64,000 nucleotides of DNA, from positions 544,001 through 608,000 of the forward strand of contig CAWCPV010000003.1 in the NCBI GenBank assembly GCA_963797555.1, read 5' to 3'. Shown here one piece after another: positions 29,851 through 40,750 of the stretch. Under the pieces are notes generated by a model. That model saw only the letters and a list, made by a program, of their open reading frames with translations, was not told the origin of the DNA and did no database searches. This stretch comes from an uncultured Gammaproteobacteria bacterium (GTDB lineage: Bacteria; Pseudomonadota; Gammaproteobacteria; CAWCPV01). Positions within the stretch are counted from its first letter, which is position 1. Every line of letters begins with the position of its first letter. A program made the position numbers and the translations under genes.

Positions 29851-31023
29851 GTGAGCCACCGTCTCCGTCTCCTCGTCTCCATCCTTTGCGTCGCCTCTGC
29901 CGCAGCGGGCCTGATCTGGTACTACACCCGGCCCGAGCCGGTCGCGGTCGTCCTCAAGCCGGTGGAACGAGGCCGCGTCGAGGCCACCGTGGCCAATACC
30001 CGCGCCGGCACGGTGAAGGCCTGCCGGCGAGCACGGGTGTCGCCCGCGACCGGAGGCCAGGTGGCCAAGCTCGCCGTCCACGAGGGAGACCGCGTGCACG
30101 CCGGGCAGGTCCTGCTCGAGCTCTGGAACGACGACCTCGTGGCCCAGCTCCGGCTGGCAGAGAGCGAGGCGACCGCGTCGCGGGCCAAGTCCGAGGAGGC
30201 CTGCGTGCAGTCCGACATGGTCGAGCGCGAGGCCAAGCGGCAACTGCAGCTCAAGCGCAAGGGCCTGGTTTCCGAAGACGTCGTCGATCGGGCGGTGAGC
30301 GACGCCGCCGCGCACGCGGCCGCATGCCGCGCGGCCAAGGCCGCTGCCCAGGTCGGCGACGCGCGCATCGCCGTGATCCGAGCCGAGCTGGACCGCACCG
30401 TCCTCAAGGCCCCCTTCGACGGCGTGGTGGCCGAGCTCAACGCCAAGCTGGGTGAGTTCGTCACGCCCTCGCCGCTCGGCATCCCCACGCCCCCCGCCGT
30501 GGACCTCATCGACGATCGCTGCCCCTACGTGGAGGCTCCCATCGACGAGGTGGACTCCCACGCCATCCGTACCGGGCTGCCGGCCCGCGTCGCGCTGGAC
30601 GCCTTCCCCGGCCGGCGTTTCGAGGGCCGTGTGAGCCGCATCGCACCGTACGTCCTGGACATAGAGAAGCAGGCCAGGACCGTGGCGGTGGACGTCGACT
30701 TCGCCGACCCCGGCGAGACCACTGCCTTGCTGGCCGGGTACAGCGCCGACGTGGAAATTGTCCTGCAGACCCACGACAACGTGCTGCGCATTCCCACCGA
30801 AGCCGTCCTCGAAGGCCACAAGGTGCTGGTCTACAATCCGAAGACGAAGCGGCTGAAAGAGAGGACGATTCAGACCGGCCTCACCAACTGGGAGTTCACC
30901 GAGGTCCGCGCCGGGCTCACGCCCGGGGAGCGCGTCGTGGTGTCCGTGGGACGGGCTGGAGTCAAGGACGGCGCGCGGGTCAAGCCCGAGCAGCCCGCGC
31001 ACGCGGCCGCCGCGACGCGATGA
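29851..31023 (+). CDS. MacA-like periplasmic adaptor subunit
   Basis: N-terminal TM, VHEGDRVHAGQVL lipoyl half, coiled coil, LKAPFDGVV. Confidence 0.9.
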   Translation: MSHRLRLLVSILCVASAAAGLIWYYTRPEPVAVVLKPVERGRVEATVANTRAGTVKACRRARVSPATGGQVAKLAVHEGDRVHAGQVLLELWNDDLVAQLRLAESEATASRAKSEEACVQSDMVEREAKRQLQLKRKGLVSEDVVDRAVSDAAAHAAACRAAKAAAQVGDARIAVIRAELDRTVLKAPFDGVVAELNAKLGEFVTPSPLGIPTPPAVDLIDDRCPYVEAPIDEVDSHAIRTGLPARVALDAFPGRRFEGRVSRIAPYVLDIEKQARTVAVDVDFADPGETTALLAGYSADVEIVLQTHDNVLRIPTEAVLEGHKVLVYNPKTKRLKERTIQTGLTNWEFTEVRAGLTPGERVVVSVGRAGVKDGARVKPEQPAHAAAATR

Positions 31024-31703
31024 TCGGGCTGCAAGGCGTGCACCGGGTGTTCCAGGTCGGGGAACAGGCGGTGCACGCTTTGAACGGCGTGACCCTGGCC
31101 GTGGAGCGGGGGGAGTACCTGTCCATCATGGGCCCCTCCGGCTCCGGGAAGTCCACCCTGCTGCACATCCTGGGACTGCTGGACCGCCCCACTGCCGGGC
31201 GCTACCTGCTGGACGGCGAGGATGTGACCTCGCTGTCCGAGGATGAGCTGGCACGCACGCGGCGGGAGCGCATCGGCTTCGTGTTCCAATTCTTCCATCT
31301 GGTACCGCGGCTCACCGCGGCCCAGAACGTCGAGCTTCCGCTCGTCCTGGCGGGGATGGCCGCGCCGGCGCGCCGGGAGCGCGTACTGCAAATCCTGCGC
31401 GCATACGGCCTGGCGGACCGCGCCGAGCACCAGCCGAGTCAGCTCTCCGGCGGACAGCGCCAGCGCGTCGCCATCGCTCGGGCCACGGTCATGGCGCCGC
31501 GCCTGATCCTCGCCGACGAGCCCACCGGCAACCTCGACCGGGCCGCAGGGGAAGACGTGATCCGACTGCTGGAGGGGCTGAACGAACAGGGCATCACCTT
31601 GGTGGTGGTGACGCACGACCCGCAGCTCGGCGGTCGCGCGCGCCGGGCGCTGCGCATGGTCGACGGACAGGTCGTCTCGGACAGCGGGGCGAAACTGACG
31701 TGA
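31020..31703 (+). CDS. MacB/LolD-like ABC ATPase
   Basis: GPSGSGKST, LSGGQRQR, ADEPTGNLD. Confidence 0.95.
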   Translation: MIGLQGVHRVFQVGEQAVHALNGVTLAVERGEYLSIMGPSGSGKSTLLHILGLLDRPTAGRYLLDGEDVTSLSEDELARTRRERIGFVFQFFHLVPRLTAAQNVELPLVLAGMAAPARRERVLQILRAYGLADRAEHQPSQLSGGQRQRVAIARATVMAPRLILADEPTGNLDRAAGEDVIRLLEGLNEQGITLVVVTHDPQLGGRARRALRMVDGQVVSDSGAKLT

Positions 31704-32905
31704 GGCTGCAGGACGTGGTCCGCTTCGCGGTCCAGGCCGTCGCCGGATACCGGGTCCGCTCCGGGCTGATGCTCCTCGCCATGGCCATCGGCGTCGCGGC
31801 CGTCGTGGTCCTCACCGCTCTCGGGGAAGGCGCGCGCCGCTACGTAGCGCAGGAATTCTCCTCGCTCGGAACCAACCTCCTCATCGTCTTCCCGGGGCGC
31901 TCCGAGACGGTCGGCGGGCCGCCGCCCATCGTGGGGGAAACGTCGCGGGACCTGACCCTGGACGACGCCTTGGCTCTCCTGCGCAGCCGGGCCGTGCAGC
32001 GGGTCGCTCCCGTTACCGTGGGCACGGCGACGGTCGCATGGGAACGCCGGAACCGCGAAGCCATCGTCGTCGGCTCCACCGCCGACTTCTTCCAGGTGCG
32101 CCACCTGCAGCTCGCCCAGGGCCGTTTCTTTCCGCCCGGGGACCCGCGCCGGGCGGCGCGGGTGTGCGTCATCGGAGAGACGATTCGCCAGGAGCTGTTC
32201 GGGGCCCGCCCGGCGCTCGGGGAGTCCCTGCGCATCGGGGACAGGCGCTTCCGCGTCATCGGAACCCTGGCCTCGCGGGGGGAGTCTTTGGGCATGAAGC
32301 TGGACGAGATGGTGGTGATCCCGGTGGCCTCCGCGCAGAGGCTCTTCAACACACCTTCGCTGTTCCGCATCCTGGTCGAAGCCCGCAGCCGCGAGGTTAT
32401 CGACACGGCCAAGCGCGAGGTGCTGGACATCGTCCGGCAGCGTCACGAGGGCGAGGAGGACATCACCGTGGTCACCCAGGACTCCGTGCTCGCGACCTTC
32501 GACCGCATTCTCCGGGCACTGACCATGGCCGTCGGGGGCATCGCGGCCATCAGCCTGCTGGTCGCCGGGATCCTTATCATGAACGTCATGCTCGTCGCCG
32601 TGTCGCAGCGCACCGCGGAGATAGGTCTGCTGAAGGCGCTGGGAGCTCCGGCGCGCAACATCCTGATCCTGTTTGTCACCGAGGCGACGGTGCTGTCGAC
32701 GGCGGGGGCGCTCCTGGGACTGGCCGTCGGCGAGACCGGCAGTTGGGTCATCGGGAGGATCTACCCCAGCTTGCCGGTCGCCCCACCCTGGTGGGCCATC
32801 GCCGCAGCCCTGGGAGTCGCGGTAGCCACGGGCCTGCTGTTCGGCGTGTTACCCGCGTCGCGCGCGGCGAAGCTCGATCCGGTGCGGTCTCTGGCCCCGC
32901 GCTGA
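31700..32905 (+). CDS. MacB-like ABC permease
   Basis: IGVAAVV, IMNVMLVAVSQRTAEIGLLKALGA, PASRAAKLDP. Confidence 0.9.
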   Translation: MRLQDVVRFAVQAVAGYRVRSGLMLLAMAIGVAAVVVLTALGEGARRYVAQEFSSLGTNLLIVFPGRSETVGGPPPIVGETSRDLTLDDALALLRSRAVQRVAPVTVGTATVAWERRNREAIVVGSTADFFQVRHLQLAQGRFFPPGDPRRAARVCVIGETIRQELFGARPALGESLRIGDRRFRVIGTLASRGESLGMKLDEMVVIPVASAQRLFNTPSLFRILVEARSREVIDTAKREVLDIVRQRHEGEEDITVVTQDSVLATFDRILRALTMAVGGIAAISLLVAGILIMNVMLVAVSQRTAEIGLLKALGAPARNILILFVTEATVLSTAGALLGLAVGETGSWVIGRIYPSLPVAPPWWAIAAALGVAVATGLLFGVLPASRAAKLDPVRSLAPR

Positions 32906-32951
32906 GCGCAGGCCATGCTGCGGCCGGAACCTTAGATTCGGAAGGTCGGAC

Positions 32952-34151
32952 ATGCTGTTTCTGGACTTCGTGAAGCTATCCGTCGGGTCACTCGTGGCCC
33001 ATCGGGTACGCAGTCTGCTCACCGCCCTCGGGATCGCCGTGGGCATTGCGGCCGTCGTGCTGCTCACTTCCATCGGAGAGGGCATCCACCGCTTCGTCCT
33101 CTCCGAGTTCACGCAGTTCGGCACTCATCTCATCGCCATCACCCCCGGACGCGCCACCACGCACGGGGTATCCATCGGCATTCTGGGCACCGTCCGCCCG
33201 CTCAGCATCGACGACGCCCAGGCCATGCGGCGTCTGCCGGACGTGCTCGCGACGGTGCCGGTCGTGCAGGGCAACGCTCGCGTGGAGTGGGAACGCAGGA
33301 GCCGCCGCGCCAATGTCTTCGGGGTGGGCGCCGAGGTCCCCGAGGTGTGGCGGTTCAAGGTGGGCTCGGGCAGCTTCCTGCCCCCGGACGATCCCCAGGC
33401 CGCGCGGGCATTCGCCGTCCTCGGCAGCAAGCTGTGGGCGGAGTTGTTCGGCGGCACCCATCCGCTCGGCCAACGCATCCGCGTGGGCGGGGACCGCTAC
33501 CGCGTCATCGGAGTCATGGAGCCCAAGGGCCAGTTCCTCGGCTTCGACATCGACGATGCGGTGTACGTCCCCGCAGCCAAGGCCCTGCAGCTTTTCAATC
33601 GGGAAGGGCTGATGGAGGTGGATGTGCTCTACGCCGCGGACGCGCCGGTCAGCCGCGTGGTGGATGCCTTGCGCCGCCACCTCGTGGCCCGCCACGGGCT
33701 GCAGGACTTCACCATCGTCACGCAGGAGCAGATGCTGGACGTGCTCGGGTCGGTGCTGAACGTGCTGACTTTCGCGGTGGGTGCGCTGGGCGGCATTTCG
33801 CTCCTGGTGGGAGCGGTGGGCATCCTGACCATCATGACCATTGCGGTCAACGAGCGCACCGCGGAGATCGGCCTGCTGCGCGCCATCGGAGCGAAGCGTC
33901 AGCAGGTTCTGGCGCTGTTCCTGGCGGAAGCCGCCCTGGTGGCCGCCCTGGGCGGCCTGGCCGGCCTGGGCCTCGGGGCCGGAGGGGCCTGGCTGCTGGG
34001 GACATTCGTCCCGACCTTGCCGGTACATACTTCGTGGACTTATGCGCTGCTGTCCGAGGTCGTCGCTGCCGCCATTGGTCTCGCGGCCGGGGTGTTGCCG
34101 GCCCGGCGCGCGGCGGCTTTGGACCCGGTCGAGGCCCTGCGCGCCGAGTGA
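32952..34151 (+). CDS. MacB-like ABC permease
   Basis: ERTAEIGLLRAIGA, PARRAAALDPVEALRAE. Confidence 0.9.
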   Translation: MLFLDFVKLSVGSLVAHRVRSLLTALGIAVGIAAVVLLTSIGEGIHRFVLSEFTQFGTHLIAITPGRATTHGVSIGILGTVRPLSIDDAQAMRRLPDVLATVPVVQGNARVEWERRSRRANVFGVGAEVPEVWRFKVGSGSFLPPDDPQAARAFAVLGSKLWAELFGGTHPLGQRIRVGGDRYRVIGVMEPKGQFLGFDIDDAVYVPAAKALQLFNREGLMEVDVLYAADAPVSRVVDALRRHLVARHGLQDFTIVTQEQMLDVLGSVLNVLTFAVGALGGISLLVGAVGILTIMTIAVNERTAEIGLLRAIGAKRQQVLALFLAEAALVAALGGLAGLGLGAGGAWLLGTFVPTLPVHTSWTYALLSEVVAAAIGLAAGVLPARRAAALDPVEALRAE

Positions 34152-34239
34152 CGGTCGGTCGAGGTGTGCCAACCCTGTTGACGCCCCTTGTGGCGCATGG
34201 GGAGAATAGGTGCCCGTTTGCTTGGGACCGGTGAGCCGA

Positions 34240-35232
34240 ATGCGCTGGCACGGAGGTAGCCCAGTGGACTCTTCCTTTGCGACACGCATCTCCAACTTCA
34301 TCGGGGTAGAGTTCAGCCCTGTCGACCATGTCGAGAAGCTGGTCTCGGCGATCGGCGGCTTCATCGGGATCCTGATCGTCGCCTGGACCAGCACCTACTT
34401 CGTCGGAGCACATGCCTCGACCCTCGTGGTCGCCTCCATGGGGGCCTCGGCGGTGTTGCTGTTCGCCGTTCCCCACGGCCCCCTCTCGCAGCCTTGGCCA
34501 TTGCTGGGCGGGCACTTGGTCTCGGGCATCATCGGCGTCGCCTGCGCCCGTGCGGTCCCGGAGATCTTTCTGGCGGCAGCGCTCGCAGTGTCTCTCGCCA
34601 TCTGGGCGATGCATTACCTGCGTTGCATCCACCCTCCCGGGGGTGCGACCGCCCTGACCGCCGTGATCGGCGGCGCCAGCGTGCAGGCATTGGGATACCG
34701 CTACGTGCTCGCGCCGGTGCTGATCAACGTCCTGGTGATCCTCTGCGCGGCGGTGCTGGTCAATTACCTGTTCCCGTGGCGACGCTATCCCGTGGGTCTG
34801 GTCCGTCGGCGGGAGGAAGCAGTCCGGCTTCCGCCGGCCCAGTTGGAGGAACAGGCCGGGATCACCCACGCCGACCTGGAGTACGCGCTGCGCGAGATCG
34901 ACTCCTTCATCGACGTGACCGAAGAGGATCTGGCGCGCATCTATACGTTGGCCGCCGAGCACTCCGCCCACCGTCACCTGCAGCCCTCGCAGATCCAGGT
35001 GGGGCGCGCCTACAGCAACGGTCGGTACGGCGAGAGCTGGGAGGTGCGCCAAGTCGTGGATGCCGCCGGCGACGCGAGCCCGAGCAAGGATGTCGTCGTC
35101 TACAAGGTCGTGGCGGGGATGAACCGCCGCACCTCCGGCACGTGCACACGCCAGGAGTTCGCGTCCTGGGCGAAGTACGAGGTATCCCGCAACGAGTATT
35201 ACTGGCAGCGCGTCCCCAAGGAGGTCGCCTGA
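34240..35232 (+). CDS. HPP family membrane protein with C-terminal extension
   Basis: MGASAVLLFAVPHGPLSQPW, CIHPPGGATAL; start codon uncertain. Confidence 0.85.
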   Translation: MRWHGGSPVDSSFATRISNFIGVEFSPVDHVEKLVSAIGGFIGILIVAWTSTYFVGAHASTLVVASMGASAVLLFAVPHGPLSQPWPLLGGHLVSGIIGVACARAVPEIFLAAALAVSLAIWAMHYLRCIHPPGGATALTAVIGGASVQALGYRYVLAPVLINVLVILCAAVLVNYLFPWRRYPVGLVRRREEAVRLPPAQLEEQAGITHADLEYALREIDSFIDVTEEDLARIYTLAAEHSAHRHLQPSQIQVGRAYSNGRYGESWEVRQVVDAAGDASPSKDVVVYKVVAGMNRRTSGTCTRQEFASWAKYEVSRNEYYWQRVPKEVA

Positions 35233-35382
35233 GCCCGGCGACTCAGCGTCCGCTGGCCGCCGACGCCAGCCGCGGGCTATCGTGCGGTGCGCCCGCTTTC
35301 CCCGGGTTGCAGGCTGCGGCTTGGAAAGCCCGCTTCACGCCCCCATCTTCGGCGCTCGATTCCCTGTTGCAGGAGAACGTCC

Positions 35383-36003
35383 GTGAGCCCGCGATTGCGT
35401 GCTGTGCTTGCCCTCATGCTGACGCTGCTTCTTTCCGGCTGTGGATACAATCGGCTGCAGACCTCGGACGAGCAGATCAAGGCGAGCTGGGCGGAAGTGC
35501 TCAACCAGTACCAGCGACGGGCCGACTTGGTGCCGAATCTGGTCAACACCGTAAAGGGCTATGCGGCCCAAGAGCAGAGAGTGCTCCTGGGGGTCACCGA
35601 GGCGCGCTCCAGAGTGGGTGCCATCCAGGCCACGCCCGAACTCATCAACGACGAAGCCGCATTCAAGAAGTTCCAGGCCGCACAGGGCGAGCTGTCCTCG
35701 GCCCTTTCGCGGCTGTTGGTGGTGGCGGAGAGCTACCCGCAGCTCAAGTCCGACGCTAACTTCCGCGACCTCCAGGCACAACTGGAGGGGACCGAGAACC
35801 GCATCGCGGTCGCACGCAACCGCTATATCAAGGCGGTTCAGGAATACAACGGCTTGGTGCGGCGCTTCCCGTCCAATCTGACCGCGAAGCTGTTCGGCTA
35901 CGTAGTGAAGCCCACCTTCGCCGTGGAGCACGAACGGGAGATCTCCAAGCCGCCGACGGTGGACTTCGGCCTGCCCGCGCAGCCCCCGGCCAACGTCCGT
36001 TGA
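35383..36003 (+). CDS. lemA: LemA family lipoprotein
   Basis: LSGC lipobox, QYQRRADLVPNLV, YPQLKS, LEGTENRI. Confidence 0.9.
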   Translation: MSPRLRAVLALMLTLLLSGCGYNRLQTSDEQIKASWAEVLNQYQRRADLVPNLVNTVKGYAAQEQRVLLGVTEARSRVGAIQATPELINDEAAFKKFQAAQGELSSALSRLLVVAESYPQLKSDANFRDLQAQLEGTENRIAVARNRYIKAVQEYNGLVRRFPSNLTAKLFGYVVKPTFAVEHEREISKPPTVDFGLPAQPPANVR

Positions 36004-36869
36004 TAGGGCCACGCCTTTTAGCGTTTGTCGCACTCTTAACGCTCGCGGCCGGGGCGGCGAGCGCCGAGGTGGCGGTTCCGGCCCTCAAGACCCCGGTGAC
36101 GGACCTGACAGGGACGCTCACTGCCCAGCAGACGCAAGATCTCGATCGGATTTTGGCGGCGTTCGAGAGGGAGAAAGGCTCCCAGGTCGCTGTCTTGATA
36201 GTGCCCACGACTCGCCCGGAGACTATCGAGCAATACGGTATCCGGGTCGCCGACGCGTGGAAGCTCGGACGCAAGGGTGTGGACGACGGAGCGATCCTGC
36301 TCGTCGCGAAAGACGACCGGAGTTTGCGGATCGAGGTCGGCTACGGCCTGGAAGGCGTCCTCCCGGACGCGACTGCGGAGCGCATCATCAGCGAGACCAT
36401 TGCTCCCCGGTTCAAGGCCGGAGACTTCTACGACGGCATCCTGGTCGGGGTGCGGCGCATTACCGGGGTGATCCGGGGGGAGCCGCTGCCGCCTCCTCCG
36501 GCGCGGCGCGTCGAGGCGCAGGGAAGGGGCAGCATCGACACGTTGTTCGCCATGGTCTTCGCGGCAGCCGTGGTAGGGAGCTTCCTCTCCCTCGTCTTCG
36601 GTCGTCTGACTGCCGGCATTGTCACCGGCGGCGTAACCGGCTTGCTCGCGTGGCTGCTGCTGTCCTCCGTGCTCATGGCGCTCCTTGCCGGCGCCGCGGC
36701 GTTCGTGCTGTCGGTGGGCGAGGTATTCAGGCAGGGATACCGCAGCGGCGGCTGGCCGGGAGGTCCGTGGTCCGGCGGGGGCTGGTCGGCTGGGGGAGGG
36801 TCCAGCGGCGGCACATGGGGAGGCGGGGGCGGCGGCTTCGGGGGCGGAGGTGCTTCGGGGCGTTGGTGA
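36000..36869 (+). CDS. TPM-domain protein (YgcG-like) with Gly-rich tail
   Basis: IEVGYGLEGVLPD; GGGGGGFGGGGASGRW. Confidence 0.9.
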   Translation: MIGPRLLAFVALLTLAAGAASAEVAVPALKTPVTDLTGTLTAQQTQDLDRILAAFEREKGSQVAVLIVPTTRPETIEQYGIRVADAWKLGRKGVDDGAILLVAKDDRSLRIEVGYGLEGVLPDATAERIISETIAPRFKAGDFYDGILVGVRRITGVIRGEPLPPPPARRVEAQGRGSIDTLFAMVFAAAVVGSFLSLVFGRLTAGIVTGGVTGLLAWLLLSSVLMALLAGAAAFVLSVGEVFRQGYRSGGWPGGPWSGGGWSAGGGSSGGTWGGGGGGFGGGGASGRW

Positions 36870-36870
36870 C

Positions 36871-37377
36871 ATGTACCGCAAGCGCATGCTCCGTCATCTC
36901 CTTGCGCCCGCCATGTCGGTGCGGCGCGCGCTGCCCCGCTCTGCATCGGATACCATCGAGCGGGCAGTCCGCGAGGTGGAGGCGGCTTGCGCCGGCCAAG
37001 TCCGTGTCGCGGTGGAGGGTGCGCTGGGTTTACGGCCGCTGCTGCGAGGGCAAAGCGCGCGCGAGCGGGCGGTCGAAGTCTTCTCCGAGCTCCGCGTGTG
37101 GGACACGGAGCGCAACAACGGCGTCCTCATCTATCTGCTCCTGGCGGACCGGGACGTTGAGATCGTCGCCGACCGGGGCATCCACGGGAGAGTGGGGACC
37201 GAGGGGTGGGAGCCCATCTGTCGCGACATGGAGGAGGCGTTTCGGGCCGGTCGCTTCGAGCAGGGCCTGATCGCGGGGATCCAGGCCGTGGGCCGTCATC
37301 TGTGTAGCCATTTTCCGGGCGAAGCTCCCGGGCCGAACGAGCTTCCCGATAGGCCCGAACTGAGCCCTCGGGCCTGA
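36871..37377 (+). CDS. TPM-domain protein
   Basis: VWDTERNNGVLIY, IVADRG, NELPD. Confidence 0.85.
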   Translation: MYRKRMLRHLLAPAMSVRRALPRSASDTIERAVREVEAACAGQVRVAVEGALGLRPLLRGQSARERAVEVFSELRVWDTERNNGVLIYLLLADRDVEIVADRGIHGRVGTEGWEPICRDMEEAFRAGRFEQGLIAGIQAVGRHLCSHFPGEAPGPNELPDRPELSPRA

Positions 37378-37491
37378 CATCACCCGCTCTGGCGAAGGGC
37401 TGCTCGGTACCGAAACCCCAGCGTCGTAGAAAAGGGGCCTCTTCTCCCCACCGGACATTTGCTCGTCAGCGCTTGACCGTGCTGCGCTGCA

Positions 37492-37932
37492 CTACCATGC
37501 CTTGTACGGCAGGAACTTGCCGTTCATCGTTATCACGACGCGGTCGCCCTTCGGGTCCGCCTGCTTGTCGATGTCCAGGCTGAAGTCGATAGCGCTCATG
37601 ATGCCGTCGCCGAACTTCTCGTGAATGATCTCCTTGATGGTGTCGCCGTAGACGCCGACGATCTCGTACAGGCGGTAGACGACGGGATCCTGCGGCACCG
37701 CTTTATCCCATGCCTTGTGTGGGAACGCCTGAAGCGCTTCGAAGATATCTCCACCCAGCCCGAGGGACTCGCAGACCTTGTCCGCAGACTGCTTTGGCAT
37801 GCTGTTCATGCCGAGACAAGCCGAGGTCACCCATACCGTTCCCATGCCCACCCGGGCAGCGATCTGCTCCCAGGTCAGGGCTTTTTCTTTCTTCGCCCTC
37901 AGGATCGCGTCCTTCATCTTGTTCTTGGTCAT
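37492..37932 (-). CDS. cynS: Cyanate hydratase (cyanase)
   Basis: DPVVYRLYE, EKFGDGIMSAIDF, GKFLPY. Confidence 0.95.
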   Translation of the reverse strand: MTKNKMKDAILRAKKEKALTWEQIAARVGMGTVWVTSACLGMNSMPKQSADKVCESLGLGGDIFEALQAFPHKAWDKAVPQDPVVYRLYEIVGVYGDTIKEIIHEKFGDGIMSAIDFSLDIDKQADPKGDRVVITMNGKFLPYKAW

Positions 37933-38492
37933 GTGCAATTCCTCTTCCTCACGGTGAATCCAGCCGGATGGTGCGGGCTGCCCGCTGCCCGCACCTTACC
38001 CGTCGTCGGCCCCTGTGCCCGACGCGCCTCTGGCGGAGATGCGGAGCGGATGGGGTTGGCGCGAAAACTCAGCGCCGGCTAGGGTCCGGACAGTGTCTGG
38101 AGCGAGTGCGGGAGGCCGACCCTCGCATTACTACAGAGGCTCGTCGTGGCCGCCAGCAATGCTCTCAGAGCTGGTGAATGAAGTCGTCCACGGGAAGCAC
38201 GACCGGCATTCTGCGCCAGTCGCAGCACGCCGCACGGCAGGCTTGACTTACCCAGGCGGCGCGCGCTGGTTGAGGTCATCAGCCCCGCGCCGCTAGTATA
38301 AGGCGGGCGCGGCCGCGGCGTTTCGCGTCAGCCGCAGAATGTCCATGGGGCATTGGGATGCGCACTCGATGTCATGAAAAGAATTCCGTCCTTCCAAAAG
38401 TGCATCCCTACCGATAGGCTTTTGCTGCGGTCGTCGCGGCGCTTTCGGGCGGGGGCCCGCTCCTCGCCGATGATCTGCCGGGCCGCACCGTC

Positions 38493-40046
38493 GTGACGCC
38501 GAAAGTGTCGCCCCGGCTTCCATGTCTCCTGATCCTGCTTTTGGTACCTGGGGTGGGGGCCGGTACGGGTACGGTCGACCCAGCCAGTACGCCGCACGCA
38601 CCCTCCGCCCCGCCCGAGCGCCCCGTCTCTGCGGCGCCGACCCCGGCCGTAGCGCACTGGCTGTCACTGCTGGCGAAGGAGGTGCCTCCGCTACAGCGTG
38701 AGCGGGGGAACCGATGGCCGCTCGTCCTATGGAGCGGTCCAGGGTACGAGCCGCTGCCGTCTGACAGCATCCGCATGTTGCTCGCCAGGGGCATCACGCA
38801 GCCGATCCGCCTGGACGACCGGATGATATTTACCGCCTTGGCGCTGCAAGAGGCGGGTTCGCCGGTGATTGCGCTGGAGGGTCGCAGCGCGGCCTGGCCC
38901 GGCAACCTCTGGCCTTATGACTTGGCCGGCGACAAGAGCGAGTGGGCACATCAGTATCCCCCGGATCAGAATGTCCCGGACCGCTGGCGCCGCATGCCGT
39001 CTCCTACCTGTTTCAAGGGATGGGCCATCGCTGCAGATCGGATACGGGAGACGCTGCGACGCTTCAAAGAAGCAGGTGTCACCGTCGACGCCATGTGGCT
39101 GGATTATGAGGGCGAGCCGAGCCAGGCTAGCTACGAGGCCGCGAAGGCGTCGCCCGGAACCCGAGAGTTGCTGCCGCCGCGGGCGCTGGAGAGCGAAGAC
39201 GCGTTCTACCGATACAAGCGCCAACTTTGGGTGCAACTGATGTCGGCCTACGTGGCGGCGCCGGCGCGGGAGATCTTCCCCAAGGTATCGGTGACTAACT
39301 GGGCGCTCACTCTGTCTTCTCCGGAGTTTCCGGTCTACGGCTGGGAGGACCAACCGCACCCTCCCTTGGGGCCGACCTTGTTCACGGCGACGAACCCCAT
39401 CGCGTACGCCATCGGGCGATTCCTAGTCCGCACCCAGAAGGCTCAATACCCACGGGATCGCCGTCACGTCGACGCGATCTACATGCATCTGATGCTCAGG
39501 CAGGTGTCCGCGGACGCGTACAACCGCCAGAAGCTGGCGCCCTACATGGGCGCGATAGTGTGGGTGAGCCGCTGGGTGCCCGACGGGGGCGACCCGGGCA
39601 CGCCAGTGATGAGTCGGGAGGCCTATCGGGAGGCCCTGCGCCACCTGTGGCTACGGGGAGTGGATGCCATGGAAGTGTTCAACCCGGTACGGAAAGGCTA
39701 CGAGAACATGTCGCTGTACGAGGTCCAGGATGCCGCCGCGATCTATGACGAGATGCTGAGTTTCAGGCGCTTCCTGGACCACGGCGTGGTCATGAACTAC
39801 GCCTACCCTCCCCTGTCGGACGACGGTCCGATGTGGTCCGGCATGCGCCTGGGCGATGAGGCACTCGTCCGCGTCGCCAGCCTGGGGGCACCGGGGAAGA
39901 CTGTCCAGGTGACCGCGTGGCGAGGTTACCCGGTCAGCTTGCCGGCCACCGAGTCCGGGAGCACATATCTGCTGCGGCTGCGCAACGACCTGCACTGCGT
40001 GGAGGTGACCGAAGTCGGCGCCCCCTCCGGTGGGAAGGAGTTGTGA
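38493..40046 (+). CDS. Secreted hypothetical protein, possibly TIM-barrel hydrolase-like
   Basis: 517-aa ORF with signal peptide and Pro-rich linker; DAMWLDYEGEP. Confidence 0.6.
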   Translation: MTPKVSPRLPCLLILLLVPGVGAGTGTVDPASTPHAPSAPPERPVSAAPTPAVAHWLSLLAKEVPPLQRERGNRWPLVLWSGPGYEPLPSDSIRMLLARGITQPIRLDDRMIFTALALQEAGSPVIALEGRSAAWPGNLWPYDLAGDKSEWAHQYPPDQNVPDRWRRMPSPTCFKGWAIAADRIRETLRRFKEAGVTVDAMWLDYEGEPSQASYEAAKASPGTRELLPPRALESEDAFYRYKRQLWVQLMSAYVAAPAREIFPKVSVTNWALTLSSPEFPVYGWEDQPHPPLGPTLFTATNPIAYAIGRFLVRTQKAQYPRDRRHVDAIYMHLMLRQVSADAYNRQKLAPYMGAIVWVSRWVPDGGDPGTPVMSREAYREALRHLWLRGVDAMEVFNPVRKGYENMSLYEVQDAAAIYDEMLSFRRFLDHGVVMNYAYPPLSDDGPMWSGMRLGDEALVRVASLGAPGKTVQVTAWRGYPVSLPATESGSTYLLRLRNDLHCVEVTEVGAPSGGKEL

Positions 40047-40431
40047 TGCGGTCGCTGCTGGCGCGAACCGCATCGGCATCCACTAGCAACTGGTGAAGAA
40101 ATCGTCGCGATCACCCCGGGAGCGAGCAAGGCGCGTGGAGCGCAGCGACGAGACAACCAGTGCAACGGCGCGGCTACGTCGTTGCTGCGCCAGCAGGTCG
40201 CAGGCGGAGGGCGGCAACCGGTCGCGAAACGGTTCTGGGGCTATCCGAAGAAGCTCTTCTTGGCCAAGAGGATCCCGGACTCAACACGCTGCCGGAGCAC
40301 AACATCCGGCAGGCCGTGCACGCGCGTGGGACGAAAATTTTACCTACCGTTGACTGGCCCGTGACGGGCCTGGCTCATCCTTATGATCAGGACAGGAATC
40401 GAGGACGGCATTGGCCGGCACGGTGGTTTCG

Positions 40432-40750
40432 ATGAACGGGCACCTCACCAAGCACCGCCTTTGTCGACAGAACGACGAGTTTCGCGGGACGGGTGGTGTG
40501 AGTTCCGGCAACTGCTCCTTGGGCTTCACGCCGGCTTTTCTGGACAGCGAGACCGGACGCATCTACCGTTCCTGCTACGGCGACGGGAGGCCCGCGCCGA
40601 TCCATCTCTTAGACGGGCTCCCATCTGTCCTCCGAGTCCGGCCGGATGGCAAGAGACCTGCGACGGCCGTAAAGGGCTCGGTGATCCCCGGGTTCGCGTG
40701 CAACGGCCACTTCTATACCCGCGCCGAGGCGGCCCTGGCGGTCGCGCGGG
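40432..40750 (+). CDS. Small hypothetical protein, 3' end meets the RAYT remnant
   Basis: FRGTGGVS...PAFLDSETG...DGRPAPIHLLDGLP...FYTRAEAA. Confidence 0.55.
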
